Shown: one piece after another, positions 1 through 13,505 of the stretch | Layout: each line of letters opens with the position of its first letter | How positions within the stretch are numbered: the first letter of the stretch is position 1 | NCBI GenBank assembly: GCA_965203295.1 | Contig: CBDBCZ010000011.1 | Span: forward strand, 641,429 to 705,428 | Direction: 5' to 3' | DNA: 64,000 bases | Source: Nitrospirales bacterium | Lineage (GTDB): Bacteria; Nitrospirota; Nitrospiria; Nitrospirales; UBA8639 | Position numbers and translations under genes: made by a program | The notes under the pieces: model-generated | The model's database searches: none | What the model was told of the DNA's origin: nothing | The model's input: only the letters and a program-made list of their open reading frames with translations

Positions 1-66
1 TCTACTATTCAGTGCCTTTATTCTTTAGTACTACATGTACATAACTAAGTCACATTGACATATTAT

Positions 67-245
67 CAGGGTTCTGCCCACACTGGTCGGCAGTGGTCGG
101 GTCTAACCACCACTCAGCCTTTTTGACCACCACTCAGCTAATGTTTAACTCTATTTACAACATGGGAGAACGTCCGTTTAGCTAAAAGAAGTGCCTTGGA
201 GATTGAATTTTGACCACCACTCAACGTCTCCTAGGCAGAACCCTG
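67..245. mobile_element. MITE with 12-bp TIR CAGGGTTCTGCC
   Basis: Perfect TIRs at 67-78 and 234-245, with tattat on both flanks. Confidence 0.7.
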
Positions 246-1864
246 TATTATATACAGTCAGCCTACCACATGAGATCTTCCAGCCAAGAGTTTGTGAGCA
301 TACTGCCCAAATGCAGCTCCAGAATAACGAGCGAGAATAGCATACGGATATATAGGAGTGGATATATCACGTATTAGGATGGTGATAACTGGCAGCTAAT
401 GAACTTTACCTGTGTTCAGAGTAACCGACCATTAGTTGCACGATTATATTGGCAACTGCCATTACCTACATGTACCTGTATAGTATACTGGACAACTATC
501 AGTGTACGGTGTGTACCTGTATTTTTCAGTCTTTATTCTAGGGCTGTTTATCCACTTCTAAAATATGCTTTCTTAATGTAAATTTACCCCTGAAATGAGA
601 ACATCTCTCTATATACGTAGGACACTCTACCAGCTAGGTCCCCAAAGTGTCCACAATAGAGGGGTTCCACTGTATACACATGGACATGCATGTACCCGAC
701 CCACAGGTACATATACTGCACGCACACATGACATGTAATTTGCTGAGTGGGTCAACAAAGTCAGAAATACTACACCGTGGTATGCAAGCCATATCCTACG
801 GTATTCCAAGAGAATAGCACGCCAATTAATTTACACAAAAGACGCTTGTTCGCATATACAGTACGCTGTAGTTGTCCACAGCACACAGCAAGAAACCTGA
901 TGTTAATGACGCCATGTCTACTGGCAACAGCTTGGTCTTCTCGCCAGCTGTGCAGGTTCCCTACAGCCCTACTTGCTCCACTCAGAGACACAACACTATC
1001 AGCCGCATACTGCCTAATTCTTATTGTCCTCCTCCTCCACTGTGAATTTCAGAATTGTATAATACGAAGCACAGCCCAAACACGAGGTGAAAGCCTTCAT
1101 GTGATTGCTCATCAAAGCAGGCGAATGGGATAAACAGTATTATGCTTTCTCATGTGGACAATCAACCTCAGCACCTATACTGCATGTCTACATTGAAGGG
1201 CCTAACACAATTTACACAAACTCTCACTGTTGGTAAGGTGACACTCAGCACGAAGCACAGCCCAAACACGAGGTGATTAGATTTGAAGCCTTCCTGTGTT
1301 TGCTTTCATCAAGCAGGCTAATGGAGTATACATGTATAGCCAAGCGATCCCTCTGAAGTAGCTCAAACAGAAATGCCTACAAGTAGCTTGGGTATTCACA
1401 TTCAATGTTTGTATACTCAGGATTTCAGTTCTCTTTGAAGGCTTTTCAGCCGCTACCAACACTTCTGCAGCAATTTAATCCAATTACCGATTATCATCTG
1501 TGTTTGTAGCTACATGGTTGCTGTCTACATGGCTGTCTAAAGAAGCATGTCTACTATATACACATTGTGTATGTCAAGGGCCAAATGTACAAACACACAA
1601 TTACACACACTCTCACTGTTGGTGAGGTGACCCACAGCATGGGAAGCTTCCTGCTGCAGTCAACAGGGAAACGTGGGAGCTGGCTTGTACAGGAAAGTGT
1701 TCATTGTGAGAAGGAGTATTTCAAGAGATGCAAACATGGAAAGTGACCAAAAACAGCACGATTGAGAATCAGGTTTTCCCAAGGACTTTAATAACCGTCA
1801 CAGCACCACTGACTCCAATGCTGACAAGCAATGGACACGTACATGCATGTCCATGATCATAATA

Positions 1865-2061
1865 CAATGGAACCCCTCTAATGCATGTGGACACCATGGG
1901 GACCTGGTGGAGGGTCCTGTATAGAGAGGTGTCTTCATTTCAAGGGCAAATCTATTTATATTAAGAATGCATACTTGGTTCATACATGTAGGAAAGTGTC
2001 GTTAATACATGTACATGTAGTGTCCTTATTTCAGGGGTGCCCTTTAAGAGGGGTTTCACTG
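1865..2061. mobile_element. Tc1/mariner-like MITE (CAGTGGAACCC family)
   Basis: caatggaacccctct...agaggggtttcactg. Same family as 7937-8114, 12119-12290 and a partial copy at about 560-672. Confidence 0.65.
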
Positions 2062-5000
2062 AATATCGGTGGTGGGCTCATTAACCTTCACGTTCACATC
2101 ATACCCAGAGGTAGGATTGTACTTGGGGAAAGGCAGGAATGCAGAATTAGGCATATATTGCATATTTTTTCTTGAGACCCTGCACACGATACATTTATAT
2201 GCAAACACTTGGGCATACACATACATGGGGAGAAAGAGCGTAGGGAGTACACTTTTTGTTCCCAGTGTACTTTACCAATTAATGGGGAGAAAGAGCGTAC
2301 CCCCTACGCTCTTTCTCCCCAGAGTGGTGGGAGTGAAAGCTCAAATAGCGTGAAACTGTATGGAACCACATACATGTAGTTAGCTTGGATAGAATCTACA
2401 ATCAGTACATGTAAGTCCTCCAAGCCTTACCCCCACACAATACGTACTTGAACTAAGGCCTCCTTCACCCTGGCAATGGAAACGTGTACACAATCACCCC
2501 ATTGTTGCCCCTCTCGCCCTTGGCAGGGCCACAGCTTGAGGGTAACCCAAACACAAACGCCTATATGATTACCGATTGCAGCTGAATTGCCAGCCAATGA
2601 TTTCGATGAGGGAGGACCAAACAGACGCACAGCCAGTCACAACTTTTGCCCCCTGCCTCGCAAAAGGTGGGAAAACATCAAATAAATTTGCGTAGCAGCA
2701 CATCATAGAAGATTTGATTGGCAGTTGCATAGCATACTCAAAAAAGTGAAATGCGTTATAAATAAATTTCACAGGAAATCTGGTATTTCAGGTAGAGGGT
2801 AGTATAGGACATGGCAGAATTTCATGATTTCAAAAGAAATTCAGCCCTATATCTTATGCACCCTGTACCTAAAATGCCAGATTTCCTGTCAGTTTCCTTG
2901 CAACGATTTCAGGAAATTCCACTTTTTTTCCTGTATGTATGAGTTGCAACCACAGCTACAGGTCTGTACATGTAGATGAACTCTCTTTCAATCGCCTGCC
3001 AGGACTATATACCTCCATTCTTCATACAAAAAGAATTAAAGAAAGCACAGAAGTATATTTTTCACATCTCAGCGTTCTAGCTAAAGAGTGGAAGAGTGGT
3101 GCTCCACCGCTCTTAAGTATACAATTTTCTTTGATGTGGTTGAAAGAATGTAATTAAACTACAGCCATGCTTTGATCTCTGAGAAAGCACCGCTCTTTGT
3201 GATTGTCTCTGGCTAGAACACTGCATCTCTACATCATTATGTGCTTCTGAACAGACTCACTACCACAGTGACTGATTGCTAACTCGCATGAGAAACTCCC
3301 CCCCGCCTCATCCGCTCCCAGACCCCAAGTTTACCCCGCTCTCCCCACATTTGTCAGATCTCCCATGCAAGCATTTACCAAAACTAGCTGTCAGAGGGTC
3401 ACCCTCAAAGGAGGCCAGCCGCACTGAGAGGGCCTCTGTTGGGACACTGCACAACTTGGAACGTTAGCCAAGGCCACAAAAGGGGAGGCAGCTGGATGAC
3501 ACCCACTCACGAGCTAATTGAGCAATACATATGCGGCAGTCGGAGGGATTATTAAGCACAACATCCATACAGAGTGGAGCTCAAACATGCAAAATCTACT
3601 CTCTTGCTCCGGAGCACTGTATATTGTTGACGTATGTGGCAGTCCGAGGTAGATAATTCTGCTGTGTAAGTCAATTGCGTGCACGCAGAACTTTAAACTT
3701 CCATTAACCGATGATACAGGATATAGACGCAAATATGTGTCAGGAAGTGGTTTGTGCGCTTTTTAGGTCGTGCTTTCGCATAGAACTGCCTGGATTGAAC
3801 GCTAAATGCTCTGCATATACAGTACGGTTACCCAGCTTTGAACCCAAGCCACGAGACTTTTTTTTTCACAATTATTGTAAAACTTTTTTTTTTGGAATGC
3901 CACGCACAATTGGTTTAGGGTATGCAGGATTTATACATTTATTCTCTGCATCTGTACGGGTGTGTTTACCACAATAATCTGCTTTGAGGGTGTGTCATCA
4001 ATGCACTGGGGTGAGGCAATGGAGTGATTACTCAATTTCCACCGTTTGGGGGCAGGTAGCTATGAATTCTTCTGCTTCATTAGGCTTTGCTTGGCAACAC
4101 TCGAAATCGAAGACTACATATACAACTGCACACAGCTGTTTCACCCTTATTGTTCCAGTGTAGTACATACCTGACCTACCAGCAAGTGTGTAATGCATGT
4201 GTAATGCATGTGTAAACAACTGACTAACTGTGATGTCATCGATCATTACCTGTCCTTGTCTACTAGTTTCTATGGTTTCAGTTCTGACACTTAATGTTCT
4301 GTTAGTGCGACTTTTTTTTGTGGCTGTTACTGTTGTCCTGTCTGTATCAGTCGTGTTGTACATATTTTATTCAGTGCGTTAAGATACGGGGAACTGCATG
4401 TACCCTAGTGAAATAGGCTACTTGAGAGTGACTAGGCAACTAAATAAGAACACCCATTGGAACAGGTATATACTGCACATTTTACAGCTACAGCAGGTAG
4501 GCTGCTGTGTATAGGTGATCTCATTCTCAAATCACTTTTAGGCTTTGCCTGCTCAAATCACTTTTAGGCTTTGCCTGCTCAAATCACTTTTAGGTTTTGC
4601 CTGGACACAAGATTAATCTATTGCTAGGTTCCACTCTACAGCTTCGACCTTTCACACAGCGTAAAAAAAAACCTCTCCACTTTTTCGTACTGCAAACAGT
4701 GTAAATGACAAAATCTGGGGAGGAGGTCGATCGGGATTAAGCTATTTGGAATATGCATACACATCCACCCTTTCCTCCTGCAGGTAATTTTTGTGATTGA
4801 GGAAGTGTATATACAGTGTGTGCACTTGCTTGTAGCTATTAAAGCATGTAAATGTTTTTGTGATTGAGGAAGTGTATATACAGTGTGTGCACTCGCTTGT
4901 AGCTATTAAAGCATGTAAATGTAGCTATCTATTATTACACATGTAAATATCCCATAGCAGAACAGACTATCAGTGGAGTAATCAATGCTTAGATCATCAC

Positions 5001-5363
5001 CAACAACCAACGACACCTATATAGTTGTAACTATGGAAACTTTGTAGAGTTCCATTCCTGCAGTATATATAATTACACTTTAGGAGAAGCCCTTGCCATG
5101 CTCACTTAAAGCAGGAGATCCTGTTACAATGCCCTGGAGCCAGCTGGTCCACAGGAGTTGCCTGGTGAATACCAGTCTATGCATGTTAGCAGAGTGGAAG
5201 CAATCTTGCTACATTTTTAGGGTGCGAGAATAATTGGGAGGGGAATGAATTTAAGGGTTTGTTAAGACTGGTTAAGAGTTTTATACTACATGTATATTAA
5301 TCTGGGATACTAGGAAGAAGAAATTACATACATGTATATATATGGCAATCAGGATGGCACTGG

Positions 5364-6004
5364 TTAATTGCCGAGCGCAGCGAGGCCAATAATCGCGACA
5401 TACGGGCTCAGAATCTCAGCTAGCGTTTATATATATATATATATATATGTATGTATATATATATGTATGTATATCTGTGTGTCACGCTCCCCGGCCCCCG
5501 GGGCAAGCCACGAGTTCAAAATGGCGTCTCGCGCAGTTTAGCGGATGCCGTCTTCAAACTCTTGGTGCAGAAGCAGGCAGAGATCTGGACAAGTCTACTA
5601 CACAGTTTTATCAAGTAAGGCTTACTACAGCTCCTAGGTTAGTACAGTTTGTGTAGCCGCTCTGTAAGCAGAGGTACGAGGGCTAGAGACGGATGGCACG
5701 ATCGAGCGATAAGAAAGCAAGTTTTACGTAGCATGTCTGCTCTCTGGTGGGTGCTGAGGCTGTTCCTTGGGAAAATGCTGTAGATATAGATATCATTCGC
5801 CTGGATGCCAGTCGTTTTGACATAGCTACTAGCCTAGCAGCCGCTTCAGCTAGCCTGTTATTCTTGCGACTTGCTTAGTCGCGAAAATAGTCGCCCCCGG
5901 CCCCACGCGTATTCGGGGGGGCAGTGCCCCGGTATCTAGCCCGGGGGGCCCCGGCGGTACGATGATGTCAGCGAGGCATAGTGCGCTTGCGTATACCTAG
6001 TTAA
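5364..6004. mobile_element. Interspersed repeat (starts ttaattgccgagcgcagcgagg); diverged partial copy at about 25020-25340
   Basis: Both share the block gcagagatc.ggacaagtctact...ttttatcaagtaaggcttactacagct. Confidence 0.6.
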
Positions 6005-7210
6005 ATATCTGATTGCTCTTGCTCTTGTCCTCTGACTGGAGATCTTACAAGCTCCACCTGCGTTTGTGGGTGTGCGTTTAATGGTTTAGTGGCGTAAGTG
6101 CTATGGCAGAAACATGAGTATATTAGCTTACTAGCCGTGCAACAGGAACAGCAACAGCCCTGAGTATCTCTAAAGCATGTGTGCATAACCTGTTCTATTT
6201 TCAACACTGTCAGTTTTGTGTCTTGAGACGAAAACTGCTAAAGCCTCTGACATCTGTACAGTTTTGCATGCATTGTGTACACAGCTATAGTGACCATTTC
6301 CCAACAGCGGGAAGAAAAATTATGTTGCACATTTATACATGTATGATCTGCACACTGAGACTTGTCTTACTGGGTGGAGGTAGTACATGTATCTGATACT
6401 AACTCAGAACATTCCCTAAGTGGATCCAGTATCGTGACAGATAGCCAATACCCCAGGTGTCTACACGACCACTTGTTTATGCAAGATTGTACAAATCAGA
6501 GCATCACCTAATTCATTCTTGCTGAATATTGCTTCGGCTTCCTGTAATGGTTCTTTCTAAAAAAAGTAGCATACAGGTATATGGTGCATTATGATTATTA
6601 CCAAATTTACAGTGCATAAAAATTTTTTGTGTATGCACTCTTGTCATTACACATGTATTTATGGCTAGCTAAAACTCAGGTGTGCAATATCTTTATATAA
6701 ATAACGTGTGCACTGTCAATCTGTTTTTGAGTAAATACACTCGCTGAAGACTGGATAGAGAGACTTCTCACCAATAAACTCGCGGGTTTGAACTAGTCTT
6801 GCAGCTTAAATTTAGGCCTGTATACAGTAAGTAGGACATTAGGCTATGTAATGCTTTTACAACACATACACTCGCTGTAATTTTGGTGGCAGTGACTCGA
6901 AAACAGGTAATTGATCCTCAAAAGCTTGCCCTGGGAGAAAGAATGTCAAATGTGCTTGCTATCCATACAGACAAATTGAGCTGAAACTGATATACATGGG
7001 AAGGTATCAGATTACGAATACCTCAAATACAACCAGTAATAAGATTACCCATAGACAACACTACTATATAAACATACTTGGTTTTTTCTACTGGACTACT
7101 GGCACCATCATTTGCTCAAATATGACATCTGATAATTACTTAACTATGTTGCAAACACAGCAGTTATTTCGTACCTTCAGTATAACGGGTTGCTTATACA
7201 AAGGTTGTGT

Positions 7211-7293
7211 TAGCCTCGTTCCCAGGCTCTCTGTCCAGCTTTTTTTCGCACGTAGTAAAAAAAAGCTGGACAGAGAGCCTGGGAACGAGGCTA
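7211..7293. mobile_element. Fold-back MITE (TAGCCTCGTTCCCAGG family)
   Basis: About 36-bp perfect inverted arms with a short loop, and ggttgtgt repeated on both flanks. Confidence 0.8.
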
Positions 7294-7936
7294 GGGTTGT
7301 GTAACGTGTACCCATATAGTTCCAAGGTCCACACAAGTGCTATATATTGGCTACTGTGGGCCTTCTGATGCACAGTAGAATGGTGGTAAAGTGCATGGGC
7401 AAGGAGAGTTGCAGTTTTGAGGTGATGAAAGTGATAATAGAACCCAACTACATGTAGCTGTTGTGACTGAGTACTAAGATGGCGTTTCCAGAAAAAGAAA
7501 TGGAGAAGCATAACAATATTGCAAAAGCACTCGATCAGGATGTACATGTATATGTAGGCAAAATGAAGGGGTATACTATACTGTAAAGTGCACAGAATAG
7601 TGGTCCTACAAGTATTACTCACAGCAAGGTACCAATAGCTTTTAGGGTTGAGCCTCAGCAGAGCAAGATCAGTTTGTACAATGTACATGCACACACACAC
7701 ACTGAGAGCTGCTCCATTTTCAGATTAGCATCTAAGATTCTTGTAACTGCACAAATAGTGGATACCAGATGTTCCTGCATTTGTTAGGGCAGTTCCTCCA
7801 TTAGTGTGGGCTAAGGTCATAGAGTCAGCCAGAGAAAAAAGCAACTAGTAAGGATTTTAGAAAGGAAGCGCCCTATACAAGCCCTGGCACTAGTGTATCC
7901 AAACACACACCACAAGCATCAGTTCCCTTGGGAGTA

Positions 7937-8114
7937 CAGTGGAACCCTGAATAAAGGACACTCCAGAAATAAAGATACATCTGTATTAAGGACAACTTTT
8001 TCTGTGTCCCAAATACGCTTTCTTAATGTAAATGTACCCCTGAAATGAAGACACCTTTCTACACAGGACATTTCTCCAGGTCCCCAGGGTGTCCATATAA
8101 GAGGGGTTTCATTG
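7937..8114. mobile_element. Tc1/mariner-like MITE (CAGTGGAACCC family)
   Basis: ta|cagtggaaccc...ggggtttcattg|ta, TA target site. Confidence 0.75.
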
Positions 8115-8121
8115 TATCACA

Positions 8122-8460
8122 ATAGAGAGTTTTCACGTGTCGTCACAGATCACGTGCTCCAGCTCCAGTATATCCGTGTCACGTTCCGTTTATACCCGTT
8201 TTTGCCCAACTTGCGTGGGCGACTAGATTGGCACGTTATACAGCAATCTCAGAAACAAGAGCTGCTGGGAACTTACGAGTTCAGTATCTCAACTATCGCT
8301 GTAAGTCAGTTTTTAGGCGGGATAAATTGAGTGAATCTGCTGTCTAGACTACGAGAGTAACTCCAGTCTTTAAGTGTATGGCTATGTACGTTTGCTGCCC
8401 ACCAAAATGGCGTCCTGGCAACAGTTGTGACATAAGATGATGTCAATGAAAACTCTCTAT
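8122..8460. mobile_element. Non-autonomous DNA transposon, TIR ATAGAGAGTTTTCA
   Basis: Perfect 14-bp TIR. An inverted, interrupted second copy lies at about 60228-61063. Confidence 0.75.
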
Positions 8461-8958
8461 AGCAATGCATACTGGTTGCTGCCCAACACTGCATGCTTAC
8501 AGTGCAACCGCAAGGCTCAGCTGTGGATCAGCCAGTAGACTGTTGCTTTGTTCAACAGCTAAGACAAGAGGGTTGCACAGCCACTTGCTCGAGATACGTC
8601 ATAGAACAAGTACATACACATGTCACATGACAGAATACCCAACACCTACAAAGAGGGTTCTGACCACAAACCTTGTATATTTCTTGTTACCCAAAACTTG
8701 TATATCTGCACATGTAATACAAGCACTTTTGGCAGGGCTATCACAGCACATCAAAGGCATAGTATACACCTTGTACATGACTAATACAAGGTGTCATCTA
8801 GCACTTCACAATCTCAATTAATTAGAGGAAGAAGAGGTGCTGGAGACTTACAGGTTGTGCATGGGTGAGAATGGGGTGCTAGTAAGGACACATTAACACA
8901 AAACCCAGTCACTAAGCACCTGGACTACTCAAAATAGTTGTCTAGTTACCAGGTACAA

Positions 8959-9152
8959 GGCTAGCAAAGGAACTCGAGGACTGGGTGCGAGGCTAGCAAA
9001 GGAACTTGAGGATTGGGTGCGAGGCTAGCAAAGGAACTTGAGGACTGGGTGCGAGGCTAGCAAAGGAACTTGAGGACTGGGTGCGAGGCTAGCAAAGGAA
9101 CTTGAGGACTGGGTGCGAGGCTAGCAAAGGAACTTGAGGACTGGGTACGAGG
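8959..9152. repeat. 32-bp minisatellite, about 6 copies
   Basis: Unit ggctagcaaaggaacttgaggactgggtgcga. Confidence 0.9.
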
Positions 9153-10260
9153 TCAAGTATGACACTTTTTGGTTAAGTTAGTTATTAGATACACACCAAG
9201 TCACCACAACAAGTAAAAACATGCTTTATCTCCTGCACATCTGTTTAAATGAAGACTCTTCCTATCCACTATGTATGACCATAGCCCGAGCTATAGCCTT
9301 ATACTAGCCTCGTACCCAGACCTAATACCGCTATACTACAGGCGGGAAATAGCGAATGACGGTATGTATAAATTATTCGCTATATTCATATACTACTATG
9401 ATTATAACTAATCGACTTAACAGATAGCAAGTAATGCGATTTACGCTGTCGAAAGGGTACTGCGTCTTTCTACAGCGGGCTTTGGGAAAAGCGTAAAATA
9501 CCACAGCAAAGGAAATGGAATGTTATTGCACAGTTGGACTAGCAAAGCACGAGTACTCAGACTCACCAGGTTATTAATGCTGGCTCAGGGACGCGACTTG
9601 CAGAGCTGTTCCACTTCGCTGCAATCCAACTAGCCCAGCCTCAGTTACATATTTACCCGAGAGAACTTCTCACTTGAAGTTTGCGAAAAAGTTCACTTCC
9701 GGTTAATTTCGGAACAAGAAATTGGTAATGACGTCACAGCAATTTCGTCTTCAAAACCCATAATCGAAACAAGTTTTTTTTCATTCACACACACACACAC
9801 ACCTATAGCAGCTTTTACTCGCATCCTGCAGGTTCTAGATCTGTCTACTGGGGATAGATTCTCCCTCCAAAAGTTCTAGCAAAATTATAGGATTTGACAG
9901 GAGCAAGTGTACCACTCTGTAACCATAGATAATATAATAATATTATGCTGAACACTACAGCTACTAGGACCTCAAAACTGTCTCAGATCGAATTAAAAAC
10001 CACTCAGGAGGCTCAAACATTTGGTGGTGGTGGGGGGGGGGGGGGGGGGTGCGCCCTTAAACTAATAATCCTGGATAGAACCCTTACCACAGCAAACATA
10101 GATAGCTAGTTGTCAACAAAACAGGACTCAAAATAAAAGGAAGCTTTGTACAATTATGGAGCGGGTGTGTACAGTCATTGCAGTTTTATACTTGTATTGA
10201 AATAATAATGCTATCATAGACAGTTTACTATCTATGATGTTATAATAAAGGAAGAGCAGC

Positions 10261-11808
10261 TTAGTCTCCTGAAGCAGAAGATTCACTTTCTGAAAAGTCC
10301 GTATCTCGGTCATCGAATTCCTTCTCACCCTCGCCTCCCTCTTTGTCCATCTTCTCCACTCCTTCGTCATCCGACTCCTCCTCTCCCTCAGAACCGCCAC
10401 TGCTACTGCCCTCCTCATCACTGTCCCCCAGTTGCCGATTCTGTTTCCACATCCTGGCCATCTGGAGCAGCTTGAGATTCGGTGCCGCTGCGCTGTCATC
10501 CGGAAACACGTAGTCCCAATACTCCTCCCACCCGGCATCACTTCCGTCATCGAGGTAGACTTTTCGCTTCTTTTTGACTCTTCGAGGCAGCTTCTTCTGG
10601 ATTGCTCTTTGCGAAGCTTCGTCTCCGTGCGCCTTCTCGAAATCCTTCCAAGACTCCAGTAGCATCGCTCTCTCCTCGCTGGAGTCGCTGTTCTTGAGGG
10701 CTTTGTCTGCTCTGTCGTAGACACTCCTCGCATTGGTGACACTTTCTTCCGATTCAGTGGAACTCTCGAACTTGGCGAAGCTCAGCCAGACTTTAATGTG
10801 CTGCGTTCTCTCCAAGAGGTGATTGTACAGCTGCCGTGCGTTATCGTACTCTTCCTGCTCCAATTCAAAATCGATGTACGCCTTCCAGAGCATTTCAGGC
10901 ATATCCACAAGTTGTTGGTTGATAGCGAGCTCGAAGATTGCTCTGGCCCGGTCAGCATCACCTAAAATGGACTCCAGCTCTGCGTATTTAATCCAGGTGT
11001 TGCTGTTGGCGGGATTGAACTCTAGAAACTTCTCGTAGAGCTTCCGGCATCTGTCAAACTCCCTCAGTTGCAGCTCCAGCTCAATATAGCCTTTAAAGAG
11101 CTTCGGTTTGGGACACTTTCCGATTGCAGTGCCCAGCGCCTTACGAGCGCTTTTGACATCCTTTTGCCGGATTTCAAAGTGGGCGTACATGAGCCAGATC
11201 TTAGCAAACGTAAACTGCTGATGGGGAATGATTTCGAGACATGCCCGATAGACCTGCCTTGTACGATCCACATCCTTCGCAATGAGCTCCTCATAGAGGG
11301 CGTAGTAGATCCAGAGATATATGTATCGTCTCCAGAATCGCTTTTCCTGCGACGGGGGGATGTTTGCGATTGCCCTCTCGTACACCTCTCTGGTCATATC
11401 CTTTGAACCCTCTGCTTCCATCAGTCGAACGTAGTCGAACCAGGCGTCATAGTTTGCCGGATTGGCCTTCACTTCTTCTTCGTATTGAAACTTTCTCTTG
11501 CTGATAATGACGTCTTCGATACCTGCCCGGTCTCCGTAGCGCTTCTCAAACTGCGTGTACGCCTTAAAGAGGGTCTGTGCCTCCTGCTTGGGAATATGCT
11601 CTAGGGCGTACTTGTAGATCGTCCTCGCTCTCTCGTACTCCCGACACCCTTCCTCGAATTTCGCAAAGGAGACGTAGAGATTCTCATCCATGTGCTCTTC
11701 ACTGAAGAACTCTGCCGCTCTCTCAAAGACATTTCTGGCGTTGGAGAGGTAACCGTTGGACTCCTCGAAGCGGGCATAGCGAATCCAGTTCTTCACTTCT
11801 GGATGCAC
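10261..11808 (-). CDS. CRNKL1: CRNKL1 coding exon 3 (HAT repeats, GWEEYWDYVFPDD...NLKLL motif, acidic tail); spliced protein about 724 aa
   Basis: 515-codon ORF preceded by a TAG acceptor at 11809-11811. The track's 'start' is the Val codon after splicing. The C-terminal motif is conserved in crooked neck. Confidence 0.97.
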   Translation of the reverse strand: MHPEVKNWIRYARFEESNGYLSNARNVFERAAEFFSEEHMDENLYVSFAKFEEGCREYERARTIYKYALEHIPKQEAQTLFKAYTQFEKRYGDRAGIEDVIISKRKFQYEEEVKANPANYDAWFDYVRLMEAEGSKDMTREVYERAIANIPPSQEKRFWRRYIYLWIYYALYEELIAKDVDRTRQVYRACLEIIPHQQFTFAKIWLMYAHFEIRQKDVKSARKALGTAIGKCPKPKLFKGYIELELQLREFDRCRKLYEKFLEFNPANSNTWIKYAELESILGDADRARAIFELAINQQLVDMPEMLWKAYIDFELEQEEYDNARQLYNHLLERTQHIKVWLSFAKFESSTESEESVTNARSVYDRADKALKNSDSSEERAMLLESWKDFEKAHGDEASQRAIQKKLPRRVKKKRKVYLDDGSDAGWEEYWDYVFPDDSAAAPNLKLLQMARMWKQNRQLGDSDEEGSSSGGSEGEEESDDEGVEKMDKEGGEGEKEFDDRDTDFSESESSASGD

Positions 11809-12118
11809 CTAGCAGATTAGAATGCAATACATACAGATTATGCCACAAAGTACAGATAGCTCATTGAGAAGAATTTAACTTGCAACAATCTAGAGAATAA
11901 GAATAAGAGTGCTATAGCTAGCATGTACCCAGGTGCATTAAAACCGAGAAAAGTGCTTTTCCCTATTTAACATGCCTGGGTACAAGGCTAATGAGTGCTA
12001 GTGCCACAATCAGTTCTCTGTACTGAGCCACTAATGCATATACTATATGCAGGTATGATAGCTTCATGAATAGGACCTCCATGACATGATACAGCAACTC
12101 ATTTACATGTACATCATA

Positions 12119-12290
12119 CAGTGAAACCCCTCTTAAGGGACACCCCTGAACTAAGGACACCTCTCTATTAAGGGCACTTTGCTGTGTCCCAAATGTGCTT
12201 TTTTCAAATATAAATTCATCCCCGAATTCAGTACAGAACACTTCACCAGGTACAAATACCCATGGTGTTCACAATAGAGGAGTTCCACTG
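12119..12290. mobile_element. Tc1/mariner-like MITE in CRNKL1 intron 2
   Basis: ta|cagtgaaacccctc...gaggagttccactg|ta. Confidence 0.75.
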
Positions 12291-12385
12291 TAATACATTG
12301 CCTGACTTTTACATACATGTACATGTAGGTACTGTGCTAGCTATCACACCAAGGTCTATAAGGTCAGTATCTATTGTACCCTCAC

Positions 12386-12505
12386 CTGGATGAACCTCTC
12401 GTAGATGTGTCTGGCCCTGTCTAGTTCCTTGTAGCGTAGCTCCATCTTGATGTAGGAGAGCCATGCTTGCTCGTCCGGCTCCCACTGCATCCAGCGCTCA
12501 AACAC
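12386..12505 (-). CDS. CRNKL1: CRNKL1 coding exon 2 ([40 protein letters not shown])
   Basis: 120 nt with AG/GT boundaries and phase 0-0. It joins exons 1 and 3 in frame and has HAT-repeat sequence typical of crooked neck. Confidence 0.95.
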
Positions 12506-12512
12506 CTGTGTT

Positions 12513-12960
<448 letters not shown>

Positions 12961-12998
12961 TACCATGCAGCTACAGTCTATCCCTCTGATCAACACAC

Positions 12999-13505
12999 CT
13001 GACGTGCCCCCGGCACATTCCCCAGCATCTCCTCCATGTAGCTGTACTTGTACCAGAACTGCTTGGCCCGGGGAAGGATGAGGACCGCTCGATCCCAAAC
13101 GTTGCGGGCGTGGTTAATCTGCTTGTGCTTCATCTCCAGTTCAGCGTACTTCAGCCACAGCACGATGTTGCGATGATCAACGTCCAGCGCCCGCTCGTAG
13201 ATCGACCTCGCGCGGGCAAACTCTTGCTGGGACTCCTCCCACTTGGCGTACTTGATCCAATTAGACACCACGCTTCGATTTTTCCGGAGGTTGTCCTCGA
13301 ACTCTTTCCGTTTTCGCAGCTGGACCTCGGCTAGTTCCGCAGGGTCGGTGATCTTCTGTCTCGGGGGTGGGAGGACCCTCTCGACCTTGGTGGCCGCTGC
13401 CTCTTGTAGCAGCTGCTCTGCCGTGATCTGGACCTCCGCTGGCATCTTGTTCTTCACTTTGCCGACTTTGGGCACTTTGGCCTTCTTGGCCGGAGGAGGC
13501 TCCAT
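12999..13505 (-). CDS. CRNKL1: Crooked neck-like protein 1 (Clf1/Syf3), coding exon 1
   Basis: Translation [33 protein letters not shown]...[14 protein letters not shown]...[10 protein letters not shown] matches the crooked-neck N-terminus and HAT repeats. It ends CAG|GTGTGT (phase 0 donor). Confidence 0.96.

Noticed and set aside
900..7900. Scattered exon-like minus-strand segments with splice-like ends (e.g. about 1610-1840, 2430-2700, 6400-6560)
   Set aside because: The frames I translated contain stops and no recognisable protein motif. A decayed gene cannot be excluded but is unsupported without a homology search.
10128..11406. Overlapping alternative-frame and antisense ORFs within CRNKL1 exon 3
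   Set aside because: Shadow ORFs expected from GC3-rich coding sequence, with no recognisable motifs.
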